From contig JAUCBJ010005699.1 of assembly GCA_032718475.1 (NCBI GenBank), positions 1 to 57,746 on the forward strand: a stretch of DNA of 57,746 nt, given 5' to 3'. Position numbers and translations under genes: made by a program. Below are positions 45,891 to 57,746 of this stretch, in pieces (the stretch's first letter is position 1; each line of letters begins with the position of its first letter). This DNA comes from Nemertoderma westbladi. Its lineage: Eukaryota > Animalia > Xenacoelomorpha. The notes beneath the pieces were generated by a model, which ran no database searches, was not told where the DNA came from, and saw only the letters and a list, made by a program, of their open reading frames with translations.

Positions 45891-48610
45891 TGCTAAAATA
45901 TACTAATGGGAGGTTCATGATAAGCCGTTATACACACGACGCATGAAACCCGAACCCAACATCAATAACATGTTGCGATAAGTCATTATTAAACATGACG
46001 CGCAGCCAACCAAAACCTTTTAACTGTATGATGACGGTGATAATACAATTGAACGCGGAATCCATATCCTTTATTTCGGTTAAACCAAACTCTGGGTAAA
46101 TTCTGGAGACGGCCCGCCACTTCTTGTATAACCCGAGTACAAAGGGAGTAACAAATAAAATTATAATAAACTACACTAGTCATGATAAGTCATTATTAAA
46201 AATGGCGCATGACAATAACAAACCTTGGTCTTACTGTATTACGATGGCCCAATCACACTTGAATGCCGAGTCTTAATTATTACTCCCGCTTCTTGTCAAT
46301 TGCCAGAGTACAGTAAGAGATGTCAATTAGTTGGCTTGAAACTTCAAGAACCAACATAGCTCGATATTGACTAATACAATATCACCTCCATAAATCCGTT
46401 CAAGTCACTGTAATAATGAGCATTACGGGAACGGTTGCGGTCCATTTTGTGGCTCTCTCCCAAGGGATGAGTAAACTTAGTTTAAGTCACCAGATCGCGT
46501 AAATCTTTATTATGTTATTTATCAATAACTCAATATCATCAACCCTCAACTATGACATTAATATCCCGATAGTACAAACACCGATACTATACAGACAAAC
46601 ACTACATTAAAATAAAAAATAAATTAAATAATAACCAACAAAGACGTAATAATATCACAGTAAACCCAGATCTGTGTGAATGAGCAATACCCTATTCTAC
46701 CGCTATATTTACCGGATGTTGATCTTCGATAAATTAATAATTAATTCAGAACATTGGAACGCTGGTGTGTCGCTCGCGCAACCCCTGTTTTTTATTAAAG
46801 TTCTAAAGTTTATCGTATTTGCTAAATTTAATATCTTTAGATATATTTGGTGAGTATACATGGAAACTAATATCAACATTCGGGAAATAGTAGATTTGTG
46901 ATAAACACTTCATACCGGTCGACCGGTACGTGTTGTGATATTGTGTGCGTTAGTTTGCATGACAGTATGAATAGCAACTGCTCTACGTATGTTTACTGTA
47001 GCGAACCAAAGCCTTATTGCTGACTAACTGCAATTGCATTGCAATATTAGTTACCCCAGACGAATAGCCCTTGGATAAGACCGTCCTCGAGCTTTTCCTG
47101 CGCGTTAGCCGTTGCGTCATCCACCCGTTCATCCACGCCTGCCTGTTGGATAGGGAATTGGCGTAGCGGCGCAATTGGCGTATCTTTCTCAATTTTATAG
47201 TTTATATTATGCGATCAATTTTCACTCATCTCGTCATGAACCCAACATGTATGTAACCCTTTGTTAAATTTGTTGGCTATGGGTTTGCGGCTGTTTGGGC
47301 GGGGTGTGGTAGGTCTACACTTTTCACACTGAAACATTTTGGTTGTGAAATGTTACAGGGCACAGCGATCAGAGATATTTCATTTATATTTTATTATGAG
47401 AGGAAGAAGAACATACAACGTTATTTACTATATATGTAACGAAATAAATGTTTTCGGGTTTAACTTGGAAGCCTCCCGAAATAGTTGATATACAATTATA
47501 TTTAAAATTATTTCCATGGTCATGGTCATTCACCCGTCTTTAATTATAAATTTGTTTGCATGAAAGACAGTTTAGTTTGGTTTTTACTGATCATTATCTC
47601 TTATCTGACTGGGGTAATAATAAAGGATAGGATAAATGGAAGCAAAGTGTGACAGTAACAAATATTTCCCTGACAACCTAGCATGTCTTAAGTATATGAT
47701 ATCTCAAAGGGGGAAGTTTGGATTCACTGCATAAATACAGTTCACCAAACTTCCCCCGAATGCACACTGTAACTTCCCCCTTCCCCCAAATATCTACTGT
47801 TGAATTAATTTGAAGCGATATAATAAGTACAAAATTGTGCGAGTTTTTAATTGTGTGGTCCATTTGTAATTTGATCTCTATTTATTGTTTAAAGTGCATT
47901 TAATATCACACTGTTTTTTTAGAATATTACTACCTTATGTTTTATTAATTTACCCAATCGAAGCCTCATAAGGTCCGCTTATTTGTACGCATATCCCTAA
48001 TGCGCTCAGTATGAGCCAAACAACATATTAATATGAAAATAAAGTATCTGCAAAGAAAATAACCCAATGCTATATAATTTGACCTTATTAAAAAATTTGC
48101 ACTTTTGCACACTTATTTGTACAAGTGCACTTTAGCAGATCGTAATGGTGGTTCTTATTTAACAAACTTATGTTTATCCTCTACCGATCTACGATGGTGT
48201 ATGATCGATCAAGTGCCAGTCGCTAAAAGTGTCAAAAATCCAATTTAATAAATCTCAACATTAGCGATTTTGGACCATATTCATGGACATTTAAATCACT
48301 TTATAGACATAAAAAGTAAAACAAATGTTACGATTATAGTTAGAAATCACTCCAAACTACATTTTAATCCAAAAAATAACATTCTACGATGAATAGAACT
48401 GGAAATAATAGTGTTTGAAATATAGAAAAAATGTGCACTTTTTAAGTGCATTTTGCACTAAGTGCACATAAGTCTTTTCCCAAGTTTTATCCTATTTCGC
48501 ACACTACAATCTATCCTCTATCCAATGAAAAAAGTTTCAGATTAAACGGCCCATTAGAATCGAAGTCATTGATGTTTAAAAATAGTCACGCGAAAATTTC
48601 AAATTCTCTT

Positions 48611-48684
48611 GGTCACGTAGTCTAGTGGTTCTCAATCACGTTAATGAAACCTAAGTTCGCGGGTACGAAATCCAATATTGACCA
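48611..48684 (+). pseudogene. tRNA-like relic (tRNA pseudogene or SINE head)
   Basis: GGTCA...TGACC-A acceptor-like ends, A box TAGTCTAGTGG, degenerate B box GGTACGAAATCC, T run downstream; no convincing anticodon arm. Confidence 0.5.
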
Positions 48685-48988
48685 TTCTTAATTTTTTGCA
48701 AAAAAAAATCTTTTTATTTTTTCACTAAAATCGCTCTAACTTCGGTTCTGATGGTCCAAATTCAATAAAATTGGTATATTCTTTGCCGTAATTGTTTTTC
48801 TATCTTTTGAGACGGGGTCATTTTTGGCCCCAAAAAAAATGAAAAAAAAGGGCCAAAATGACGCGATATTTTTCGACCCTTAAAATTCGTAATTTTAATT
48901 ATAAATGTTAAGAAAAAAGATAGCCGAGTTAATTTTCTACATTTTACAGGTAGTTTTGGCGCAAAAAGCTAAATTATAATAGAGTAGC

Positions 48989-49910
48989 AATTGGGAAACA
49001 AAGGTTATTAGGACGTAATGGTTAAACTAACTAGGAAACGAAGGTTATTAGGACGTAATGGTTAAACTAATTGGGAAACAAAGGTTATTAGGACGTAATG
49101 GTTAAACTAACTAGGAAACGAAGGTTATTAGGACGTAATGGTTAAACTAACTGGGAAACAAAGGTTATTGGGACGTAATGGTTAAACTAACTGGGAAACA
49201 AAGGTTATTAGGACGTAATGGTTAAACTAACTGGGAAACAAAGGTTATTAGGACGTAATGGTTAAACTAACTGGGAAACAAAGGTTATTAGGACGTAATG
49301 GTTAAACTAATTGGGAAACAAAGGTTATTAGGACGTAATGGTTAAACTAACTGGGAAACAAAGGTTATTAGGACGTAATGGTTAAACTAACTGGGAAACA
49401 AAGGTTATTAGGACGTAATGGTTAAACTAACTGGGAAACAAAGGTTATTAGGACGTAATGGTTAAACTAATTGGGAAACAAAGGTTATTAGGACGTAATG
49501 GTTAAACTAACTGGGAAACAAAGGTTATTAGGACGTAATGGTTAAACTAACTGGGAAACAAAGGTTATTAGGACGTAATGGTTAAACTAACTGGGAAACA
49601 AAGGTTATTAGGACGTAATGGTTAAACTAATTGGGAAACAAAGGTTATTAGGACGTAATGGTTAAACTAATTGGGAAACAAAGGCTATTAGGACGTAATG
49701 GTTAAACTAACTGGGAAACAAAGGTTAGTAGGACGTAATGGTTAAACTAACTGGGAAACAAAGGTTATTAGGACGTAATGGTTAAACTAATTGGGAAACA
49801 AAGGTTATTAGGACGTAATGGTTAAACTAATTGGGAAACAAAGGTTATTAGGACGTAATGGTTAAACTAATTGGGGAAACAAAGGTTATTATGACGTAAC
49901 ACTAACTGGG
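48989..49910. repeat. 40-bp minisatellite, about 22-23 copies
   Basis: Unit YTGGGAAACAAAGGTTATTAGGACGTAATGGTTAAACTAA, head to tail, no spacers. Confidence 0.97.
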
Positions 49911-52354
49911 AAACGAAGTTTAGTTAACAACGGTTAAGTTATGGTGTAAAATATTGAATTTCGAACGATATGATAATAGGAATGAAATTGAGTTTTTATT
50001 AAAGCAGATTTCACTTTATGGTTAAGGTTAAGGATTTATGAACTCTCTATGGTCTATGGCGGTTTAGTTCTGCATCAGGTAGGTAGCGTGTTTCGTATCT
50101 CACTTTTGAGAAACTTGGCAATATCTGGCCGTGGATCAAAGTTCACAGTACCATAAGAGTTTAGAGCAATACACAACCTGTTATTAACAGGTTTTCAGGA
50201 CAGTTGTTCAGTTTTTAGTAATGTGTGATTGCTTTCTGTAATTGCTGTGTGGGCACATAATAAAGTACTGCATGAATTAGTATATTCAATATACTGCCCC
50301 TGGAACTTCCTTTAAGTAGTTGATACATGTTCGTGGGGCCTTCCCGCAGCACGAAACTCGGCTAACCCGTGAACGGTTAACGCGAGAAATCTGTAATCCT
50401 AGTACTTGTTTGCTCTACTATTTCGTTTGCTTGCCTACTGGTTCTAATTAAGTAATGCTCATAGGACATGTAACACTTTTAGTAAAATATGTTCTTTCAA
50501 TCTCAATTTCATATATTTTGACTCTTTTGATACTTTGTGTAGGGATTATATACATTTAGGGCATTTAGATACTGGTCTGACACAATAAACGGGATTGCGC
50601 TAGTGTACCTGGCACCGAGGACCGCTTACTGTATCGATCGCTTCCCCTTTGCCTTCCTCTCATGTATTGGTTTACTCTATAACTTATTTGGTTCAATACG
50701 GTATTTGATTAATTTTTGTATTTGACTGAGATACGATACCGGGAGGGTGTGACAACAAAGAATAACAAACAAATGACTGACTAATTAATTCTGTAAGGAC
50801 TCAAGTTCAGTGTTTGTGTTTCCCTTTAGGGGAAACGTATTTTGACTTGTCTTTATGTACAATTATATAAATATTTCTATCGTAATTAATTTATGACAAC
50901 TCTCAATCGTGATACAATTAATAATAAGTGGCTTTCTTATATTAATGGTCTGGTATATCGCCATATATTAATTATTTAGTAAAACAACACACGAATCTAA
51001 TACAATTGTCCAGATTATCACTAATACTTAATTGTAGAGTCCCCCACCTTGTTATGGCGCGTGTAAAACCTTCTTGATTTCGTAATATCGGCGATATATT
51101 AAACAAATAAGAGAGCAAATTGAGTTTAACGACAGAATATCAATTAATAATAATGTTAATGACAAAAATACAAAGCATACATAAAGGCATGTAATAAACA
51201 TTGATCGTCAGTAATCTGACCGTGTCTAAGGACCTGCATGGGAAGCAACTCCTCTGCAGGACGCAAAAGTAACAAGTGCCTAAAAAGGCCAACCAGCGAA
51301 CATTATATACTAGGTTCACTTAATACAATAATTTGGACCAATAAGACATCACGTATCTCATTGAGGCTTAACAGGCTCAATAAATCAGTTCGAATATGGG
51401 TATAATAGCACTAGATGGCGTAAGAAACCTTACTAGAGAATAATTCGATAGAAATAATTAATATGACACCGTAACTGGTCCTTTATAAATAAAAATATAG
51501 TTTTGTACTAAAATTGGTAAAATAAGTAATTTAAAGGCAGAATTTATGACTGCAGCAACAGGACACTCCTACAAATGTCAGATGAATATGATTGTTAGTA
51601 ACTATAATTCCAGCTACATCTACATTTCTGACTATTCGGCCCCTGGCGACAGGCAGAGGATCTATAGAAGTCTGTCTGTGTGTCCAATTGCGAAACCTTT
51701 GACAGACCACATGATTACCAAGTCTAGTTTAATTTAATCAATGATTGACAGACTTATTTCGGTTTTTATCCGAGGTAACATTTTAAACTATTGTAGAGCC
51801 CCATGTTGCGCGAACAAACTTAATACATCATTGGCAAATTCATCCACAGCATCTTCCCCAAAAACTTCAGCAACCAATTATCTCCCAGCGTCAATAATTT
51901 CTTGTGAATTAGCTGACTTCGACAGATTAATGATTTGTGCAACTTCTTTCTTTACACCGTCAGCGGTGTCATGCTGTACACCACAATACACCATTGGAAA
52001 CCTTCATCTTCACCATGAGACTAGAAAGCGAAATAAATGTGAAAGCGGGTGCGTGAAGTTGAACTCCTCACCTTCAACCCTCTTATATTATATGCGTTTG
52101 GTGATACTTCACCGGCAGCCACCCAGTTCATTAAGAACCTGGGTCAAGGTCATCTCGTAGACACTCTATAGAGGCTTCTATCCCATTATCCAATGCGGCT
52201 ACAATGCTGCAGACTAAAACTTCGTTTTTGTTTTAAATTGTTTTACAATTACTCTGTTTTTCGTGTATATCTCTCACTATATGTTCGTCTGTGCTGCAAT
52301 ATTTTTTATTTTTCTTCTTTTTAAATTTTTTTTACACTAATCTTTTAATAAGAT

Positions 52355-53190
52355 AAATATAATAATATAAAATATATGATACAGTAATATAAAATATATG
52401 ATAATATAAAATATGTTATAATATAAAATATATGATAATATAAAATATATGATAATATAAAATATGTTATAATATAAAATATATGATAAGATAATATAAA
52501 ATATATGATAATATAAAATATGTTATAATATAAAATATATGATAATATAAAATATATGATAATATAAAATATGTTATAATATAAAATATATGATAATATA
52601 AAATATATGATAATATAAAATATATGATAATATAAAATATATGATAATATAAAATATATGATAATATAAAATATGTTATAATATAAAATATGTTATAATA
52701 TAAAATATATGATAATATAAAATATATGATAATATAAAATATATGATAATATAAAATATATGATAATATAAAATATGTTATAATATAAAATATATGATAA
52801 GATAATATAAAATATATGATAATATAAAATATGTTATAATATAAAATATATGATAATATAAAATATGTTATAATATAAAATATGTTATAATATAAAATAT
52901 ATGATAATATAAAATATATGATAATATAAAATATATGATAATATAAAATATAAAATATATGATAATATAAAATATATGATAATATAAAATATATGATAAT
53001 ATAAAATATATGATAATATAAAATATATGATAATATAAAATATATGATAATATAAAATATATGATAATATAAAATATATGATAATATAAAATATATGATA
53101 ATATAAAATATATGATAATATAAAATATATGATAATATAAAATATATGATAATATAATATATATGATAATCATATAGGATAATAATATAA
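52355..53190. repeat. 17-bp AT-rich minisatellite ATAATATAAAATATATG
   Basis: Direct reading; variant ...ATATGTT interspersed. Confidence 0.97.
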
Positions 53191-53279
53191 TATATTATTT
53201 TGCAATATTTCCAAAACATCAATCCTTCTAGCCAATGCGGACATGGACCCAGCACAGAACTGCAATCGTCACAGCACAG

Positions 53280-53410
53280 AAATCCAAGTCTGAGTAGATT
53301 TGATTGATTGGCCGTTGAAAAGAACTTGGAGATCCGGAGGCAGCGGGGATTTGGAATTAGAAAAGATTATGTACTCAGTTTTTATTAGATTTTGAGATAA
53401 TTTATTAGTA
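53280..53410 (-). mobile_element. Short CR1/L2-type LINE RT C-terminal fragment
   Basis: NKLSQNLIKTEYIIF...VLFNGQSI matches the NKLSLN..KT..IIF...ING..I pattern. Confidence 0.55.
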
Positions 53411-55197
53411 ATATAAATTATCAGTAAGTAAGTAATAGTAATACTAATAGTAAGTAAGTAGATAGTATGATAGCACAGGGGCAAACATGGGTGAAACAAA
53501 AATAAAAGTGAAAGTTAAGAATATCAGGATCACCTCCGAACTACAGAAGGGCCTTCTAGGCGGCCTTCGGAGGTCTGGTAGACCGCCCGGGGCTGGAGGG
53601 CGAGTCGGTGTAATACAACAGCCGGCATCTAGTAGACAGGGAGGTGGATACACAAGAGAGCTGGGAGAAGTTGGAAGCGGATAGACTGGAGGGCAAGCGA
53701 CTGGAAGAAGTCGCCAGGCGAGAAAGGCGGAGAGAGAGTAGTGGGTAGTAGGAATGAAGCGCGTTAAGTAGTCAAGCATATAATATAATACATATAATAA
53801 TAATAATTATAATACTATGAAAAAATTATATAATAATTCGTATATATATTATACAGTATGTACCGTAGTCAAGCACAACCTTTTCCAATTAGCTACTGGG
53901 ACTGGGGATTAATTGACTAGGGCGACAGGACGGGACTTGGACGGCTCCCACTGACATGAGCGCTCATGTGCGGGGCCCGATAAGTGTGTGGTCATTGAAC
54001 AACAGGACGGAGCTCAGGATTTATTGTGAAAGCTCGTATCCTGCGGGATAAGAATCGTGCAGATGGGCACTACCGGGATACGAGTAGGAGGGGCACTTGG
54101 TGGGACCACAGGCGTGGAGAGTGAGGAGTATGAGAGGAGAACGCAAGAAAGATAGCGAGAGGTTGAGTAGAGAACGCGAGGAGAGAGTGCGAGTGCAATT
54201 CAAGTGTGGGGGGGGAGGAGTGAGAGATAGAGTGAGGGACAAGGAGGTCCGAGGGTTAGAGCGAGAGTGAGGAGAAGTAGAGAAGAGTTAGGGTGAAAGT
54301 GGAGCGGAGTTAGCGGTGAAAGTGTTGGGGAAACAAAAGTCGTGTGAGAGGAAGTCACGATCGGCCCGACACGGGACGCCATATGTCTTGGTACAAGATA
54401 GGTACAAGATAGGTAGAGTTGTACCAAGACGGGGTAGCAATATCATACCCATAGGGAGCGGCCTGGAAAGCCGCCTCCGAGAAAATAGCTCCCCCCCACA
54501 CCCGATACTAGATCGGGATCCAGCGGAATTGTAGCGCACTAGAGGTGGATGCTATCTTCTCACCGGGAAGATAGCATGGGGGGGAGTGTTAGCTTATTCA
54601 ATTCCGCTAACCACCCCATGAAGTGAGCCTTAAGCAATATTGGGGAACACGAGGGTGACTATCAATCAACCTCGTGTCACCCCAACAAAGTGGGAAGGAG
54701 AAACCCCAGAGAACACACACACAATAGGGGTCAGGGGTTACACCCCTGAGAGAGAGGGAATAACAGCACCGAAGGGAAACACTCCAAGGGAGGTGAAAGG
54801 GCGACAATTAGGTTATCAGCCAATAGGGGGGAAGCATCGACTGAGTAACACCACATGGCCAACCGTGCAATATATATATTACCGGTAACCGTGTCATTCA
54901 TTCAGTTCAGCTAGTCAGTGCAGTTAGGGTGGAGCGGGAACTTCTATCACCGTCCGCTACCGCCATCACATGTAATACTTTACCGGTATATCATTCACCT
55001 ATCTTCTGTGTCTATGTTCTACTTATTATTTATACATATGCCTATCAACAACATCGGGACTCTCATTGCAACAAACTCTTTTCATACACGGCGGGGACGC
55101 GTAAGGTAGAAAACCCAAAAGGATAAATCGGGGTCGACCGATCCCGTCACAGTGATAGAATCCAAACTGCCAGAACTGCCAGCTAGTTAATAAAGCA

Positions 55198-56220
55198 ATG
55201 AGTCAAGAAGGAGAGACGACACCGCTGCGGACCCCGGACGACAACCTAACGATCCGCAAGGCCACGGCGAGACGGTATCGACCCACGACGCCGGATCCGT
55301 CGACGAACGATCCAGCAATCCAAGCGGAGGGGGGCCATCTACAACGAGAAGGGAGAGACGAGTCGAGAGGGGAGAAAGACGAGTCGACACACGACGGCGG
55401 TCGACGTGCCGATGTCGCCGGCCAGCCACAGGCCGAGGGCGACGGACGGCCCACCGGAACGGCGATGGTGGGGCCGCCGGTACGACGCCGGACACGGAGG
55501 GATAGAGGAAACGTCGGCGACGAGGACGTCGGGGTTAGCGACCGACTCCGACGGGCCTACAACGCCACTCAAAAGCAACTGAGGGAAGCTAGAGGAGGGG
55601 CCAGGATAGACCAGGTGAAGTTAGGAAAGCGGCTAGGTGAGTCGAACAGACATTTTGATTTCCTAGTGCATTTTGGGCAGGGAGAACTAGCCGATGAGAG
55701 AGCGAGAGGGGTTGCCAGCGAACTGTTCGAGTTATGGGAATGTAGGGGTATGGAGCCTAGTGTAGTGTACATAGGGCCATACTTAGTCGATGCCCGGGGA
55801 ATAAAATTAGTGGGTTGGAGGAGACTGCAGGAGGGCGAATCCGAGGTTAACCCAGAGGATTCGGTCTCGTCGGTCGGAGGAAACCCCGGAGAGCGGGGGA
55901 AAGTTAGTAGGACGGAGGGGCGACGGGAGTCCGTCGCAACCGATAAGTCTGTTACATCCTCCGCAAAAGAAAGAAGGGTGCGGGAGATAAATCTGGCGTG
56001 TCAGCGTGAAGAGCGCGAGGCAAGAAGGGCGAGTGAGCGAAGAGAGCGCGAGGTGAGACGACTTGAGGGGGTTGCGAGAGAGACAGAGTTGGCCGAACAA
56101 GGTTTGCGAGAGGATGGAGAGAGAGGAACGTTTGTTAATACCCCACTTTCAGGGACAGGACGACAGACCCAAGACTGGTGTGACCGTACGGGCGGGGGGG
56201 GGGTAATGACAGTAGGCTAG
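55198..56220 (+). pseudogene. Probable LTR-retrotransposon gag N-terminal region, continuing frameshifted into Asn-rich sequence
   Basis: 340-aa ATG ORF, R/E rich; NPEDSVSSVG followed by a coiled coil, as often seen in BEL-type gag; no knuckle or pol in the window. Confidence 0.4.
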
Positions 56221-57452
56221 AAAATGTTAATATTAATAGTACCGTAGTAAATAACCCTAATCCCTTTATTACAGGAAATATTTTACCCGGTAATTTAAAT
56301 TTAAATTCAAATAATAATATTAATTCAAATATTCAGGATAATTCAGATAATTCAAATAATAATTTAAATTTAGGAAATAATAATAATTCTAATTTAAATA
56401 ATTTAAATAATTTAAATAATAATCCCGTTTCAAATTCTAATAATTCTAATAATTTAATTGATTTAGGGGATTTAATTGATTTAACAAATAATATTGGGAA
56501 TGGTGCTATTAATATGAGCGTGTCGGACGTGCATAACCCGGCAAATGAGGGCCTGGTAGGCCACGTAGTTAGTAGGCAGAGAGAGAAGGGGTTGAGTCAA
56601 CCCGAGGTGGGCCTGGTAGGCCACGCAGTAGTAGAGAGAGAGGCGGGGGTGAATAGACCCAGCCGCAGTAGAGACAGTGCGTCGACTAGAGAGGGGTGTA
56701 GAAGTGGAGTAAGAGATAGTGAAGTAAGATGTGGCGAGTGGGGGGGGGGGGGGGGGGGGGGGGCTACTGGGCGCCCCACCACGAGAGATTAGTAGCGAGT
56801 GGGGTCGAACTTCGGGAGATTGCCGTCGCCCCGGAGAAACGCACCGCATGCCAGGAGAGCGGTACAGGATGTACCGATACGAAGACGAGAGCAGGATAGG
56901 GGATCGAAGAGAAACTTCCCGACGGGATCTAGCTGCCGATCGAGAGTACGGTAGTCGCGGGGAGATTCGAGAGAATTAAACTTCGGTTCGGAAGGGCACA
57001 TGCAGACTGCAGGACATACTGTAGGCCTTACTGCACATACTATTATAGGCCATGCTGGGAGAGATAGAATAGGCGATAGGGTAGCGCGGACGACGGGATT
57101 AAACCCGGAAGTCGCGGAGTACATGCCGGTAGGTAGGCCAGCACAGCACCATGACTATATTATCCAGGGGTATAACAAAGACCCGGTTGAGGGGGATATT
57201 GCAGATAGATGGATGGGCCCCAATATATTAACATCAACCCCAGTACCAAACATAACACTGGTGGGGGGGGGGGACAGGGTGACATTCCCCCATTACAAAA
57301 TATCCGCAGTATAGACAACCAAGAACAAACAAGTAGGGTGAGAACGTAGGGAGGACAAGTAGGGTGAGCTAGAAGGGTAAGTAGAGAATAAGTAGGGCAC
57401 GGGTGTGATGACGTGTTTGATGTAAGAGCAGGGTATGTTAATTAGAGTTAGT

Positions 57453-57746
57453 TAGATAGAGGTAGAGTTAGTAAGAGGGTACGTAGTACCGGTTGTGGTT
57501 GTGGGCACCGCAAGCGCCACGTAGATAGAGGTAGAGTTAGTAAGAGGGTACGTAGTACCGGTTGTGGTTGTGGGCACCGTTAGCGCCACGTAGATGGAGG
57601 TAGAGTTAGTAAGAGGGTACGTAGTACCGGTTGTGGTTGTGGGCACCGTTAGCGCCACGTAGATGGAGGTAGAGTTAGTAAGAGGGTACGTAGTACCGGT
57701 TGTGGTTGTGGGCACTGTTAGCGCCACGTAGATGGAGGTAGAGTTA
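57453..57746. repeat. 69-bp tandem repeat, at least 4 copies, runs off the right edge
   Basis: TAGATGGAGGTAGAGTTAGTAAGAGGGTACGTAGTACCGGTTGTGGTTGTGGGCACCGTTAGCGCCACG. Confidence 0.95.

Noticed and set aside
46983-47192. GC-richer patch as a host exon
   Set aside because: No recognisable protein in the frames translated; stops flank the short open stretches
48989-49910. CRISPR array
   Set aside because: Units are contiguous with no unique spacers; no cas genes; eukaryotic context
52467-53255. 262-aa and 101-aa Ile/Tyr-rich ORFs
   Set aside because: Translation artefacts of the 17-bp minisatellite
57452-57727. Thr-rich mucin-like ORF
   Set aside because: Product of the 69-bp repeat (a multiple of three) with no other coding evidence

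Overview
Eukaryotic (probably invertebrate animal) repeat-dense DNA with no intact host gene. From left to right: (1) the 5' end of a CR1/L2-group LINE on the minus strand, with ORF1 and an ORF2 start of PHD finger plus APE endonuclease; (2) a decayed BEL/Pao LTR retrotransposon carrying an extra 3' ORF, followed by a duplicated pol fragment and a pol from a second BEL family; (3) a 27.5-kb BEL/Pao element at 18183-45687, with two 1164-bp TG...CA LTRs and an ATTAT target-site duplication. Its gag is split by a ~16-kb left-truncated Polinton/Maverick (adintovirus-like) element encoding two pentons, a basic core protein, hexon, adenain protease, DEDD-like nuclease, an intact protein-primed PolB and a PC4-like protein. 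The Polinton also holds a hidden TATA-binding-protein-like gene, itself split by a Ginger1-type DNA transposon (TGT...ACA ends, CCGG duplication); (4) minisatellites, a tRNA-like relic, a small LINE fragment and a probable further retroelement gag region. All calls come from manual motif reading and by-eye alignment; no database searches were run.
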